Below, one piece after another: positions 40,072 through 49,137 of a stretch of 64,000 nt of DNA. The translations under genes were made by a program, and so were the position numbers. The stretch lies in contig JAYTSU010000021.1 in assembly GCA_043745485.1 (NCBI GenBank), positions 2,533 through 66,532 on the forward strand, read 5' to 3'. The number at the start of each line of letters is the position of its first letter. Within the stretch, counting starts at the first letter, position 1. Under the pieces are notes generated by a model that ran no database searches, had not been told where the DNA came from, and worked only from the letters and a program-made list of their open reading frames with translations. The DNA is from Candidatus Saccharimonadota bacterium. GTDB lineage: Bacteria; Patescibacteriota; Saccharimonadia; Saccharimonadales; JACDBH01.

Positions 40072-40482
40072 ATGGACAACGACCAACACGTAACAACTCA
40101 AGTAACCCCAAATGGCCTAAAAGTTCTGTGTGTGGAGGATGAGTATTTTATTAGTGAGTTGTATGACAGAGCACTCCGCAAGGCAGGCTACAACGTGACA
40201 AATGCTTTAAATGGCAATGACGGCCTTGCACTGGCTAAGACAGACCAGTACGATATTATCTTGCTTGATCTCATGGTGCCGGGTATGACTGGTATTGAAA
40301 TCCTCAAGATTCTTAGTGATCCACTCCAAACAAAAGAGCTGCACTCAAAAATTATCATTACCACCAATCTCGTACAAGACGATGAAGCCCGTAAGGCAAT
40401 TGAAAGCCATGCTGATGGCTACATTATTAAAGCCGATATCACTCCTAAAGAACTTGTGGCTTTCCTAGAAAAACTTCGTTAA
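40072..40482 (+). CDS. Single-domain (CheY-like) response regulator
   Basis: A receiver domain only (VEDE...ILLDLMVPGMTG...K). Its start is 1 nt after the kinase stop. Confidence 0.85.
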   Translation: MDNDQHVTTQVTPNGLKVLCVEDEYFISELYDRALRKAGYNVTNALNGNDGLALAKTDQYDIILLDLMVPGMTGIEILKILSDPLQTKELHSKIIITTNLVQDDEARKAIESHADGYIIKADITPKELVAFLEKLR

Positions 40483-40569
40483 GCCATCATATCGTAGCCA
40501 ATAAAAGGGTAATGTGGTAAAATTACCTCTGTTATTCACGACTTTCTAGTCTGTAACTGTTCCGCCTAA

Positions 40570-40643
40570 GGTCCCGTCGTCTATCGGCTTGGACACCAGC
40601 CACTTGTGGCTTGCCACAAAAAAGTAATTAATGCATCCTGGTT
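40570..40643 (+). pseudogene. Degenerate partial duplicate of tRNA-Glu (5' 30 nt plus an anticodon-arm fragment, no T arm)
   Basis: Positions 40570-40599 match tRNA-Glu positions 1-30 except in the D loop. CATCCTGGT (40634-40642) matches the 3' anticodon loop and stem. No acceptor 3' strand or T arm follows. Confidence 0.55.
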
Positions 40644-40698
40644 CCAGGATGAGAACAAAACGAATAATGCCCATTTGGTATAGTTACCGCGCCACTAA

Positions 40699-40773
40699 GG
40701 TCCCGTCGTCTATCGGTTAGGACACCAGGTTCTCATCCTGGTAAGAGGAGTTCGACTCTCCTCGGGATCACCA
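40699..40773 (+). tRNA. tRNA-Glu (anticodon CUC)
   Basis: The acceptor is GGTCCCG/CGGGATC and the D arm is GTCT..GGAC. The anticodon arm is CCAGG-TTCTCAT-CCTGG, the T arm is AGGAG-TTCGACT-CTCCT, and the 3' end is ACCA. Confidence 0.9.
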
Positions 40774-40899
40774 TAAAATGGTAGTTTTAAAAAATAATCT
40801 CACTTTAATTGTTCAAGAAGATAACCAACAAAGTTAAACTGTATAGTAATTGCATTATGTGATAGATAAAGTTCGTTATCTTGTATAATTAGCTATGAA

Positions 40900-41490
40900 A
40901 TGACGCATGGCGCAAAAAGGTGGTTGGGGATTACGTGGACTGCTATTTTTATAGCAGTAGTTGTTTGCTCTCTAGTTTGGCTAGTGTCGAGCGGGATAAT
41001 TATTAAACTTCCCTCACTGTTAGTAAAAGATGCAGCTCGGCCAAACCTTGGTTTTAAAGATCTAATCTTATTCAACAGACCCCAAAATTTTTTGGATAAT
41101 TATGGTAAATCAAAACAAATAGCAGATGCATCAGTAATTTTTTTCTGGGGAGTTTTAGGGATTGCGGCATATGCCTTGGCTACCTTGTCGGCAAGTTTAA
41201 TAGGTCCTATGATCAAACTCTATAGCACAAAGAACTACGTTTTCGCTAACAATAGGAATAAAAAACAATTTTTTGTCCACGAAATTACCAACTATGCACT
41301 TAAATTAATAATTCAGCTTATCTTCTTTATTGTAATCATATTGTTTGTACGTTCAGTTTTGCCAATGTCAATCACTCGGCTCGGCTCACAACCTTTAGCT
41401 TCTGATGTAGTGACAATAGCGGCACTCAATGTTTATCTATATATCCTTATCGTGGGATACCGAGTCTTATTTAAAAAACCATTATATTAG
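40900..41490 (+). CDS. Hypothetical polytopic membrane protein
   Basis: A 196-aa protein with about 4 hydrophobic helices. A TGTATAAT extended -10 box lies about 10 nt upstream of the ATG. Confidence 0.5.
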   Translation: MTHGAKRWLGITWTAIFIAVVVCSLVWLVSSGIIIKLPSLLVKDAARPNLGFKDLILFNRPQNFLDNYGKSKQIADASVIFFWGVLGIAAYALATLSASLIGPMIKLYSTKNYVFANNRNKKQFFVHEITNYALKLIIQLIFFIVIILFVRSVLPMSITRLGSQPLASDVVTIAALNVYLYILIVGYRVLFKKPLY

Positions 41491-42074
41491 TAAAAGTGTA
41501 ACTTTGTTATTGGGTAAATTCTTATAGTTAATTTACCATTTATGTCGTCAAGTTTTATTGTTCCTAGGTCTGAACGTGAATCAATTGAGCCCCCATTTAC
41601 GCGGTTATCTCCCATCACAAACACATGATCTTTTTCGACTACTTTATCAACTTCTCCATAGGTAGGTTGTAGGTTTGGGGAGTAGTAAGTACCAAGATCT
41701 GGTTCGAACCCCTGTGGCTTGCTGGAGTTATATACGCTAACTTTACCGTCTTTTATCATTATTCTTTCACCGGGCAGAGCAATTACTCTCTTGACGTAGG
41801 CAGTTCCGCCCGCTAATGTTTTATGATTTAGTATTACGACTTCACCTCTTTTTGGTAGGTATTTTGAACGGCGTATCCTTGAAAGGCTTTTAGGGAGCTT
41901 CCATATTATGAGCCTATCACCGCTTATTAATGTGGGCTCCATACTAATGCCATCGACTTGGTAAGCCTGTACGACATAGAGGTTCATGATAGCGGCAAAT
42001 GCTAGTGTTGCCACCAGCACTGCCACTAACTTAAATACTACTAATATATTTAACTTCTTTTTCTTAGGTTCCAT
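41487..42074 (-). CDS. lepB: Signal peptidase I
   Basis: It has an N-terminal TM, the GISMEPTL catalytic Ser box, a KRVIALPGE Lys box and GDNRVNGGSIDSR. Confidence 0.9.
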   Translation of the reverse strand: MEPKKKKLNILVVFKLVAVLVATLAFAAIMNLYVVQAYQVDGISMEPTLISGDRLIIWKLPKSLSRIRRSKYLPKRGEVVILNHKTLAGGTAYVKRVIALPGERIMIKDGKVSVYNSSKPQGFEPDLGTYYSPNLQPTYGEVDKVVEKDHVFVMGDNRVNGGSIDSRSDLGTIKLDDINGKLTIRIYPITKLHFY

Positions 42075-42098
42075 AGTAAGTCAAACATATTTGATCTT

Positions 42099-43580
42099 TT
42101 ATTTTGTAGTAAAGGATGTTGTTCCTGTGCAGGTAGATAGCATGGTACCTGCTTGATTTTTGTAGTTAGTAGAAACGGTGTAGGTTGTCCGTCTTGCAAA
42201 CGGTCCAACAGTTGGGCTCCAAGTAGATGAACCGTACTTAGGTAGGCTCGGTATTATCGTGTTTGCTACAACATTCGTACCTGCAGCGGTAGTAAGTATT
42301 ACTGAACCCACGTTGTTAGCAGGTGTGGCGTCTGGTCCATTGTTCGTGAACGTTACTGTAGTAGGCAATAGGCCTTTTAACAATTTACCGTAGCCTGCGT
42401 TACAACTAACCGAATAGTTACTCGTCAGCACTGGGCCAGAATCTGGAGGGATAGTGGTAGCCACGATGCCAGACCTAAGAGGTTGCCATACTAAGTACCA
42501 TACAGACATAGCCATGTCAGCTAAACTGCTATTGGTAGTATTGTAGATCTTAGGATTCCAGGAACCCGTTCCGCCAATAGGCACTGTTGTCGCTAAAAGA
42601 TACATATCATCTGGGCTTATGCTATTTAATACATAATAGCCTGCCGTACTATCAAACAACTTAGAGATTGTGCTATAGGCTGTTGAATATTTATATATAC
42701 CTCCCACACTATTATTGTTTGCATCATTATGCGTTGACGCAAAGTACAATGAGCTCAGATCATACGACCATATTGGACCACCGAACCCATACTGATCATT
42801 TATGTCAGCTTTGCCAGTAGGCGTAACGCAGTTCATATCACCACCAGTTACTGGTATGCTACACACTTTAAAATGCCAAGCGTTATCTCTGTAGTCCTCT
42901 TTTAAAAAATATAACTTTGTATTATCTGGAGTCCACTCAATTGAAAACAGTCTTTCAGGCGTCGCTATTACCTTACCGCTAGAATCTTTTAAGTAATTTG
43001 TTTGCTTGGTGGCCACATCGTATATGCCGATTCTATTTGGTGCGTTTATACCGTCACCTATAGCATCTACCTCAGCAATTTTTGATATAGTCCCGTCTTT
43101 AATAACTGCCATACTATCTATGCTATGGAATCCGACCGCATTCCAAGAACCATTAATATTCATATCTTCTGTTTTTATAAGCTGCGGCGTAGTACCGTCA
43201 TAACCCATAGTGAGCAGTGATATCTTGCCGGTATTTGTAGAATAATCAAACACCACACACTTAAAGATTCTTTTAGATGGGTTCCATGACAATCTTGCCC
43301 CATATTGATCTGTATTACCTCCATTTTTACATTCTACTGGGTATGCGGTGGAAGCTGCCGTGGTAGATACTGGAGATAAGTATGTAGGCTTGTTAGTAAG
43401 TATGTCTGGATACACACTGTATCCGTCAGTAACTAGACCATTTGAATAAGGATTTGTACCCGCTTTACTGTTTTGTAACACTTTATAGCCTGCAAAACCA
43501 ACTACGCTTACAACAATTAGTAACATTATTAAACCCTGAAGGTGCAGGATGCCTTTTTGGTTTGATTTTGAGAATTTCAT
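42099..43580 (-). CDS. Hypothetical membrane-anchored secreted protein, PD40-like beta-propeller plus C-terminal Ig-like region
   Basis: It has an N-terminal TM (LIMLLIVVSVVGFAGY) and PD40-like strands (SIEWTPDNTKLYF, SISPDDMYLLA). Confidence 0.55.
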   Translation of the reverse strand: MKFSKSNQKGILHLQGLIMLLIVVSVVGFAGYKVLQNSKAGTNPYSNGLVTDGYSVYPDILTNKPTYLSPVSTTAASTAYPVECKNGGNTDQYGARLSWNPSKRIFKCVVFDYSTNTGKISLLTMGYDGTTPQLIKTEDMNINGSWNAVGFHSIDSMAVIKDGTISKIAEVDAIGDGINAPNRIGIYDVATKQTNYLKDSSGKVIATPERLFSIEWTPDNTKLYFLKEDYRDNAWHFKVCSIPVTGGDMNCVTPTGKADINDQYGFGGPIWSYDLSSLYFASTHNDANNNSVGGIYKYSTAYSTISKLFDSTAGYYVLNSISPDDMYLLATTVPIGGTGSWNPKIYNTTNSSLADMAMSVWYLVWQPLRSGIVATTIPPDSGPVLTSNYSVSCNAGYGKLLKGLLPTTVTFTNNGPDATPANNVGSVILTTAAGTNVVANTIIPSLPKYGSSTWSPTVGPFARRTTYTVSTNYKNQAGTMLSTCTGTTSFTTK

Positions 43581-43728
43581 TTATCTCCTATTAAAGTGCT
43601 TAAGTTATTTTAAGCTAATAGTAACCCAGTTTGAAATTACTACAAAATAAAACCAATATTACTCGTCCTTAGTTTTATGCTTATTTGTAAAATATTTCAA
43701 TAACCGCCATAATACATGTTAACTTCTT

Positions 43729-45033
43729 ATGCTATATATGCTTATCATTGCAGGTGTTTTTACAGCGGTGGCTACTGCCGTAATTATTGTAGTAAGCAAA
43801 AATAAGCATCTCGGCAAAGGCCCTAAGAAGTCAGAACATGTATTAGCAGCTGACCTGCAAGATGAGAAATTAAAATCAGAAATTATATTAAACGCTATAG
43901 AAGATGGAGTGATGTTGCTTGACGATCAGCGAACCATCCAGCTGTTTAACCCGGCTGCGGGCATTATAACTGGCTGGGACCCAGCAAATGCCCAAGGAAT
44001 CGACTATAAATCGGTATTAAAGTTTATAAATGAAAAAGGTGAGCCATACGCTCCGGAGAAAGACCCCGTCAATATAGCACTTACCGAAAAGCGTACAGTT
44101 AGGGATAATACTGCAAACTTAGAAACCCAATCAAAAAGTATTGTATCGCTTGCTATTACCGTCTCACCGCTGCTTGATGCCGATCAAAATGTACGCGGCG
44201 CAGTGGGTATTTTCCGTGATGTTTCTGAAGAACGCAAAGAAGGGCAACAACGAGCAGAGTTCGTCAGCACCGCCAGTCACGAAATGCGTACCCCTGTTGC
44301 GGCAATTGAAGGATACTTGTCATTGGCGCTTAATGACAAAGTTAGTACTATTGACGCAAAGGCTCGTAATTTCTTAGAAAAAGCACACGAGAGCACCCAA
44401 CATCTTGGACAGCTCTTTCAAGACCTATTAACAAGTGCCAAAGCAGAAGACGGACGGCTCACAAACCATCCTGTAGTGGTTGAATTTAGCGGAATGTTAG
44501 AAACCTTAACAGATGGATTAAAATTTGCCGCTCAGAAAAAGGCACTTTCAGTAGAATTTGTCCTTGGTGCACCAAACAGCGTTATTGATGCCAGCGGTGG
44601 TAATGTAATAAAACCCCTTTATTACGTATTAGTAGACCCGGACCGTATCCGTGAAGTCATTACGAACCTATTTGATAACGCAGTCAAATACACCGACAGC
44701 GGCAAAATTACGCTTGGGCTAACGGGTGATGATAATGTAGTCCAACTTCGCATTAGCGACACAGGGCACGGCATACGTGCAGAGGACACTAAGCATTTAT
44801 TTGAAAAGTTTTATAGAGTAGATAATTCAAACACTCGCACTGTTGGCGGAACAGGCCTGGGGCTCTTTATTTGCCGCAAAATAGTGGAGCTCTACAACGG
44901 TCGTATCTGGGTTGACAGCGTTGTGGACAAAGGAAGTACCTTTTATATAAACTTACCACGGCTCAGTACAGACCGCGCTCAAAAACTCATGCAAGAAGAA
45001 AGCGCCAAGGCATCGGTGTTAACAAGCAAATGA
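43729..45033 (+). CDS. Sensor histidine kinase (TM, PAS, HisKA, HATPase_c)
   Basis: It has the H-box STASHEMRTPVAAIEGY, the N-box DNAVKYT and the G-box GTGLGLFICRKIVELYNG. It ends at TGA. Confidence 0.9.
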   Translation: MLYMLIIAGVFTAVATAVIIVVSKNKHLGKGPKKSEHVLAADLQDEKLKSEIILNAIEDGVMLLDDQRTIQLFNPAAGIITGWDPANAQGIDYKSVLKFINEKGEPYAPEKDPVNIALTEKRTVRDNTANLETQSKSIVSLAITVSPLLDADQNVRGAVGIFRDVSEERKEGQQRAEFVSTASHEMRTPVAAIEGYLSLALNDKVSTIDAKARNFLEKAHESTQHLGQLFQDLLTSAKAEDGRLTNHPVVVEFSGMLETLTDGLKFAAQKKALSVEFVLGAPNSVIDASGGNVIKPLYYVLVDPDRIREVITNLFDNAVKYTDSGKITLGLTGDDNVVQLRISDTGHGIRAEDTKHLFEKFYRVDNSNTRTVGGTGLGLFICRKIVELYNGRIWVDSVVDKGSTFYINLPRLSTDRAQKLMQEESAKASVLTSK

Positions 45034-45103
45034 TGTCGTGGCTCGTTCGTGATACAATGACCATATTGAAGCATAAACATATAAGCAAGAGAGGGTAGCA
45101 AAG

Positions 45104-45994
45104 ATGTCAAAGATCATGCTCGTCGAGGACGACAATAATTTACGAGAAATTTATGAAGCCCGCTTACTTGCAGAAGGCTATGAAATAGTGTCAGCACATG
45201 ACGGCGAAGAAGCGTTAGCACTCGCTGTTAAAGAAAAGCCGGACCTTATTATCTCTGACGTTATGATGCCAAAAATTAGTGGCTTTGACATGCTCGATAT
45301 ACTCCGTTCAACTCCTGAAACTCGTGATACAAAAGTTATTATGATGACTGCCTTAAGCCAGGCTGAAGATAAAGAACGTGCGGATAAGCTTGGGGCTGAC
45401 AGATATCTTGTTAAATCTCAAGTAACCCTAGAAGATGTCGCAAAAATTGCGCGTGAAGTATTGGAGGGCACTGGAGGTGGTGCACAAAGTCCAGTTGTTG
45501 ATGAAGCTCCCGTAGCTGCAACGCCGGTGGCGGCCGACCCTGTAGTTGTTGCACCAGTTGCAGTAGACCCAGTGGCTGTTACGCCAGTAATAAGCATGCC
45601 TGTTGACGACCCAACAACTGACAGCAGCACACCTTTGACTTCGACTCTTGATACGGTTGAAGATGCACAGTCTGTTTCTGACGAACAAACAACCGTTAAT
45701 GATCAGGTTAAGCAGTTTGTAGACCAGACTCCTGGCACTGATATGACTCCTGCATCGGCAGCACCTGTTGCAGCACCGTTAGTCACTCTTGATGATACGC
45801 TAGCCGCTGAGTCGTCTTCTGGAGTAAATGGCAAAAAAGTCCTCCAGCCCATCACTGACCCAAATGCAAAACCAGACCTTAATAAACTACTTGAGGAAGA
45901 AGAGAAAAAGAGCGGACAAAGCCATCAAATGATAACTCCCCAATCCGATCCTTCCATAAATCCAGCAGACGATCCAAATCTAATAGCTTTGTAA
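45104..45994 (+). CDS. Response regulator receiver domain with an approximately 170-aa Pro/Val/Ala/Thr/Asp-rich low-complexity tail
   Basis: It has a receiver domain (LVEDD...IISDVMMPKISG...K) and a tail with PVAATPVAADPVVVAPVAVDPVAVTPV. A Shine-Dalgarno-like GAGAGGG lies upstream. Confidence 0.85.
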   Translation: MSKIMLVEDDNNLREIYEARLLAEGYEIVSAHDGEEALALAVKEKPDLIISDVMMPKISGFDMLDILRSTPETRDTKVIMMTALSQAEDKERADKLGADRYLVKSQVTLEDVAKIAREVLEGTGGGAQSPVVDEAPVAATPVAADPVVVAPVAVDPVAVTPVISMPVDDPTTDSSTPLTSTLDTVEDAQSVSDEQTTVNDQVKQFVDQTPGTDMTPASAAPVAAPLVTLDDTLAAESSSGVNGKKVLQPITDPNAKPDLNKLLEEEEKKSGQSHQMITPQSDPSINPADDPNLIAL

Positions 45995-45995
45995 G

Positions 45996-46709
45996 ATGCG
46001 TATAAACCGCTACATCGCTCAAGCAACCGGCCTATCACGACGTGCCGCCGACAAGTTAGTGCAAGGAAACAAGGTATTTATTAATGATATACCCGCTCAG
46101 CTGAGTGATCACGCAACCGCAAACGACAAAGTTGTCTTGGATAAAAGACGGATATTTTTACCCCATGAGCCAACGACAATAGTGCTAAATAAGCCGGTTG
46201 GCTATGTATGCTCTCGGGACGGGCAGGGGAGTAAGACAATCTATGAGCTGTTACCAGAAGAACATAAGAACTTAAAGCCAGTTGGACGCTTGGACAAAGA
46301 TTCGAGTGGTTTGTTAGTGATGACTGATGACGGCCAGCTTGCCCACGAGCTAACGCACCCGAAATTTGTCAAAGATAAGATATATCTCGTGCATGTAGCG
46401 CATCCACTCAAAGGCACCGATTTTGATGCAATAACTAAAAAAGGTGTGGACATAGGCGACAATGCTTTAAGCCAGTTCCGCCTTGAAGTAAAAGATGCTG
46501 AACACATGGCAGGCAAGAGCCACTCCATACATGACTCGTGCTACGCAGAAAACAACAAAGACTGGATTGTAACCATCCACGAAGGACGCAACCGCCAAAT
46601 TCGCCGCACCTTCAGCGCCCTTGGCTACACTGTTAAGACCCTTCACCGAATCACTTTTGGCAGTTATATGTTGAGCGATATCGAAAACGGCCAGTTCAGA
46701 AAAGCTTAA
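45996..46709 (+). CDS. Pseudouridine synthase, RsuA/RluB family (S4 domain plus catalytic domain)
   Basis: It has an S4-like N-terminus MRINRYIAQATGLSRRAADKLV and the catalytic Asp motif GRLDKDSSGLLVMTDDG. Confidence 0.85.
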   Translation: MRINRYIAQATGLSRRAADKLVQGNKVFINDIPAQLSDHATANDKVVLDKRRIFLPHEPTTIVLNKPVGYVCSRDGQGSKTIYELLPEEHKNLKPVGRLDKDSSGLLVMTDDGQLAHELTHPKFVKDKIYLVHVAHPLKGTDFDAITKKGVDIGDNALSQFRLEVKDAEHMAGKSHSIHDSCYAENNKDWIVTIHEGRNRQIRRTFSALGYTVKTLHRITFGSYMLSDIENGQFRKA

Positions 46710-46774
46710 ATATAACATCGCGTCATTATACCCCTTTTGTCAATACCCGATATCTGTTATAATCAGTACAACTT

Positions 46775-48187
46775 ATGGCAGTAAAAGTTCCTATTGTTGC
46801 AATTATCGGCCGCGCAAATGTTGGCAAGTCCAGCTTATTCAATGCGGCTCTTGGACGGCGTGAGGCAATAGTAGCCGACGAAGCTGGAACTACCCGCGAC
46901 AGTCTCTATGGCAAAGTAACCTTTTATGACAAGGACTTTTGGCTCGTAGACACCGCCGGACTCAAGCAAAAAGCCGCCGACGAGTTTGAATTTACTATCC
47001 AAGAACAGATAGCCCAAGCAGCTGATAGCGCTGATCTCATCTTGGTAGTTATAGAGTCACATGTAACTCTCACTGAGGAAGACCGTAAAGTCGCTAAAAT
47101 GGCATTAAAGACACGCAAACCCGTCATTTTAGTAGTTAACAAGGGTGACAAACTTGGCCGCCACATCAACGACACGGACGTCATGGCTCCATACCAGCGC
47201 CTTGGTATCAAGGACATTTTTATAACGAGCGCAACCCAGTCTGCCGGTATCGAAGAGCTGTTTGAATATGTCAGCAGCATTATTCCTAAAGCAACTATTG
47301 TTGTGGCCGAAGACCGCATTTCACTTGCCATCTTAGGCCGCCCAAACGTTGGCAAATCTCAACTGTTCAACACTCTAGCCAAAAAGCAACAGGCTATTGT
47401 GGCCGACAGAGCAGGGACCACCCGAGACATCAACCGAACCGCCGTCAAATTTATGGGCAAAGAGATTGAGCTGATGGACACGGCTGGCATTCGCCGCAAC
47501 GGTAAAATTGAAGTAGGCGTCGAAAAGTTCAGCGTTATCCGCAGCCTTAGCGCCATCGAACAATCCGACATCTGTTTACTCCTTATTGATGCCAACGACT
47601 TAAGTGTCCAGCTAGACCAAAAAATCGCCGGCATGATAAAAGAAGCAGGCAAAGGACTCATCCTCATTATCAGCAAGTGGGATAGTGTAGATAAAGATGC
47701 TTGGACCCACGACACAATGATGCCAAAGATCCAGGCCGAATTTGAATTTGTACCATGGGCGCCAATGATAGTCACAAGCTCAGTAACAGGCCAAAACGTC
47801 AGCAAAATCTTTGAAATGGTTGTAGAAGTGTCTAACACTCGTCATAAGCGTATTAAGACAACAGAGCTAAACGGCTGGCTGCACAAAACCACCGATCGCC
47901 ATCCACCGGCAGGTCTCAAAAACCGCCAGCCAAAACTCCGTTATGTTGTCCAGGAAGAAGGCAACGACAGTCCCAACTTCAAGATTTTTGGCTCACAACT
48001 CAAATTTTTGCACTGGTCATATCGCCGTCACCTCGACAGAACCTTCCGTGAAACCTTTGGTTTCGAAGGCACACCCGTAAAGTTTTGGTACATCGACCAA
48101 CACGAACCTCGCGAGAAAAAAGATGGCATCGACTGGAAAAAGAACCTCCGCCCCGACCAACTCCCCGACCGCACCAAAAAAGCCTAA
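46775..48187 (+). CDS. der: Ribosome-associated GTPase Der/EngA
   Basis: It has two tandem G domains (GRANVGKSSLFN and GRPNVGKSQLFN; NKGD and SKWD) and a KH-like C-terminus. Confidence 0.9.
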   Translation: MAVKVPIVAIIGRANVGKSSLFNAALGRREAIVADEAGTTRDSLYGKVTFYDKDFWLVDTAGLKQKAADEFEFTIQEQIAQAADSADLILVVIESHVTLTEEDRKVAKMALKTRKPVILVVNKGDKLGRHINDTDVMAPYQRLGIKDIFITSATQSAGIEELFEYVSSIIPKATIVVAEDRISLAILGRPNVGKSQLFNTLAKKQQAIVADRAGTTRDINRTAVKFMGKEIELMDTAGIRRNGKIEVGVEKFSVIRSLSAIEQSDICLLLIDANDLSVQLDQKIAGMIKEAGKGLILIISKWDSVDKDAWTHDTMMPKIQAEFEFVPWAPMIVTSSVTGQNVSKIFEMVVEVSNTRHKRIKTTELNGWLHKTTDRHPPAGLKNRQPKLRYVVQEEGNDSPNFKIFGSQLKFLHWSYRRHLDRTFRETFGFEGTPVKFWYIDQHEPREKKDGIDWKKNLRPDQLPDRTKKA

Positions 48188-48206
48188 ATACGATATACTA
48201 CCCCAT

Positions 48207-48836
48207 ATGGGACTTTTTGAACGCAAATCAACACCAATTACTATGAGTTATTTTAGTGTGGGCAATGAAAAAACTAAACTGATTGTGGGACTTGGAAATA
48301 TTGGCAAAAAATACGAATTTACTAGGCACAATGTTGGATTTTTATGCGTCGATAACATCGTAAAATTACAAAACGGTGAATGGAAAGAGAAGAAAACACT
48401 CAAAAGCCTTGTGGCAGAAGTGCGTGTTGGCGAAAAACGGGTGATATTTATAAAGCCAACTACACTTATGAACATGAGCGGCGATGCGGTCCAAGCCATA
48501 AAACAGTTTTATAAAATAGACAACAAAGACATTTTGATTGTGCACGACGAGCTTGCGTTACCATTTGGATCGCTTCGTATACGTACAGGCGGCAGCTCAG
48601 CAGGCAATAACGGCATTAAATCGGTCAGTGCAGCCATTGGCGAAGATTACTCACGCCTACGCATCGGCATAGCTGGAGAACACAGCACTGAAGAAGACGC
48701 CGCAGCCTATGTTCTTAAGAACTTCTCAAAAGCAGAGCAAGGGGAGTTGAAGGCTCTCTACGCCGAAACAAACGCACTCATCACCGAATTTATTTACTCC
48801 GACCATCTCCAGCCCGACACCCGCCAGTTTATCTAA
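48207..48836 (+). CDS. pth: Peptidyl-tRNA hydrolase
   Basis: It has LIVGLGNIGKKYEFTRHNVGF and DELALPFGSLRIR motifs. The start was trimmed, and 48207 has TATACT 7 nt upstream; 48243 (MSYF) is the alternative. Confidence 0.85.
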   Translation: MGLFERKSTPITMSYFSVGNEKTKLIVGLGNIGKKYEFTRHNVGFLCVDNIVKLQNGEWKEKKTLKSLVAEVRVGEKRVIFIKPTTLMNMSGDAVQAIKQFYKIDNKDILIVHDELALPFGSLRIRTGGSSAGNNGIKSVSAAIGEDYSRLRIGIAGEHSTEEDAAAYVLKNFSKAEQGELKALYAETNALITEFIYSDHLQPDTRQFI

Positions 48837-49137
48837 TAGTTTGTATAGCTTCGATTTCTACAAGATCAGCAACTATTTGCGTACCGATAGCCAGACCTTC
48901 AAGCTCTTCTGAGATAGTTCTGAGTCTTCGAATAGCATATGGCCTATCTGATATCATGCCATCTTCGTGGTCACTATAAAGTGCTATTAGTTCATGTGCG
49001 CACGCATCGGCCCGAGCGCGTACTTGCAGTGCGACCATTGGCATGGCTCGATAATCGATTGGCGAACGCTTTTCACCAGTTAAATTAAGTTCTCGATCTG
49101 TAAAGTGAACTAAACCGGTAGATATATCATGCTGCAT
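48829..49137 (-). CDS. Hypothetical protein
   Basis: A 102-aa ORF with TATAAT 7 nt upstream of the ATG. Its 3' end overlaps the pth stop by 8 nt, and I recognise no family. Confidence 0.4.
   Translation of the reverse strand: MQHDISTGLVHFTDRELNLTGEKRSPIDYRAMPMVALQVRARADACAHELIALYSDHEDGMISDRPYAIRRLRTISEELEGLAIGTQIVADLVEIEAIQTIR

Noticed and set aside
40570-40773. An intron-containing or split tRNA formed from the upstream 5' half and downstream sequence
   Set aside because: The downstream tRNA-Glu is complete on its own. The interval is far too short for a group I intron, and no second T arm or acceptor 3' strand exists.
45418-45688. Minus-strand ORFs antisense to the response-regulator tail
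   Set aside because: They are a product of the repetitive GC-rich Pro/Val/Ala coding sequence read in reverse. They have no independent signals.
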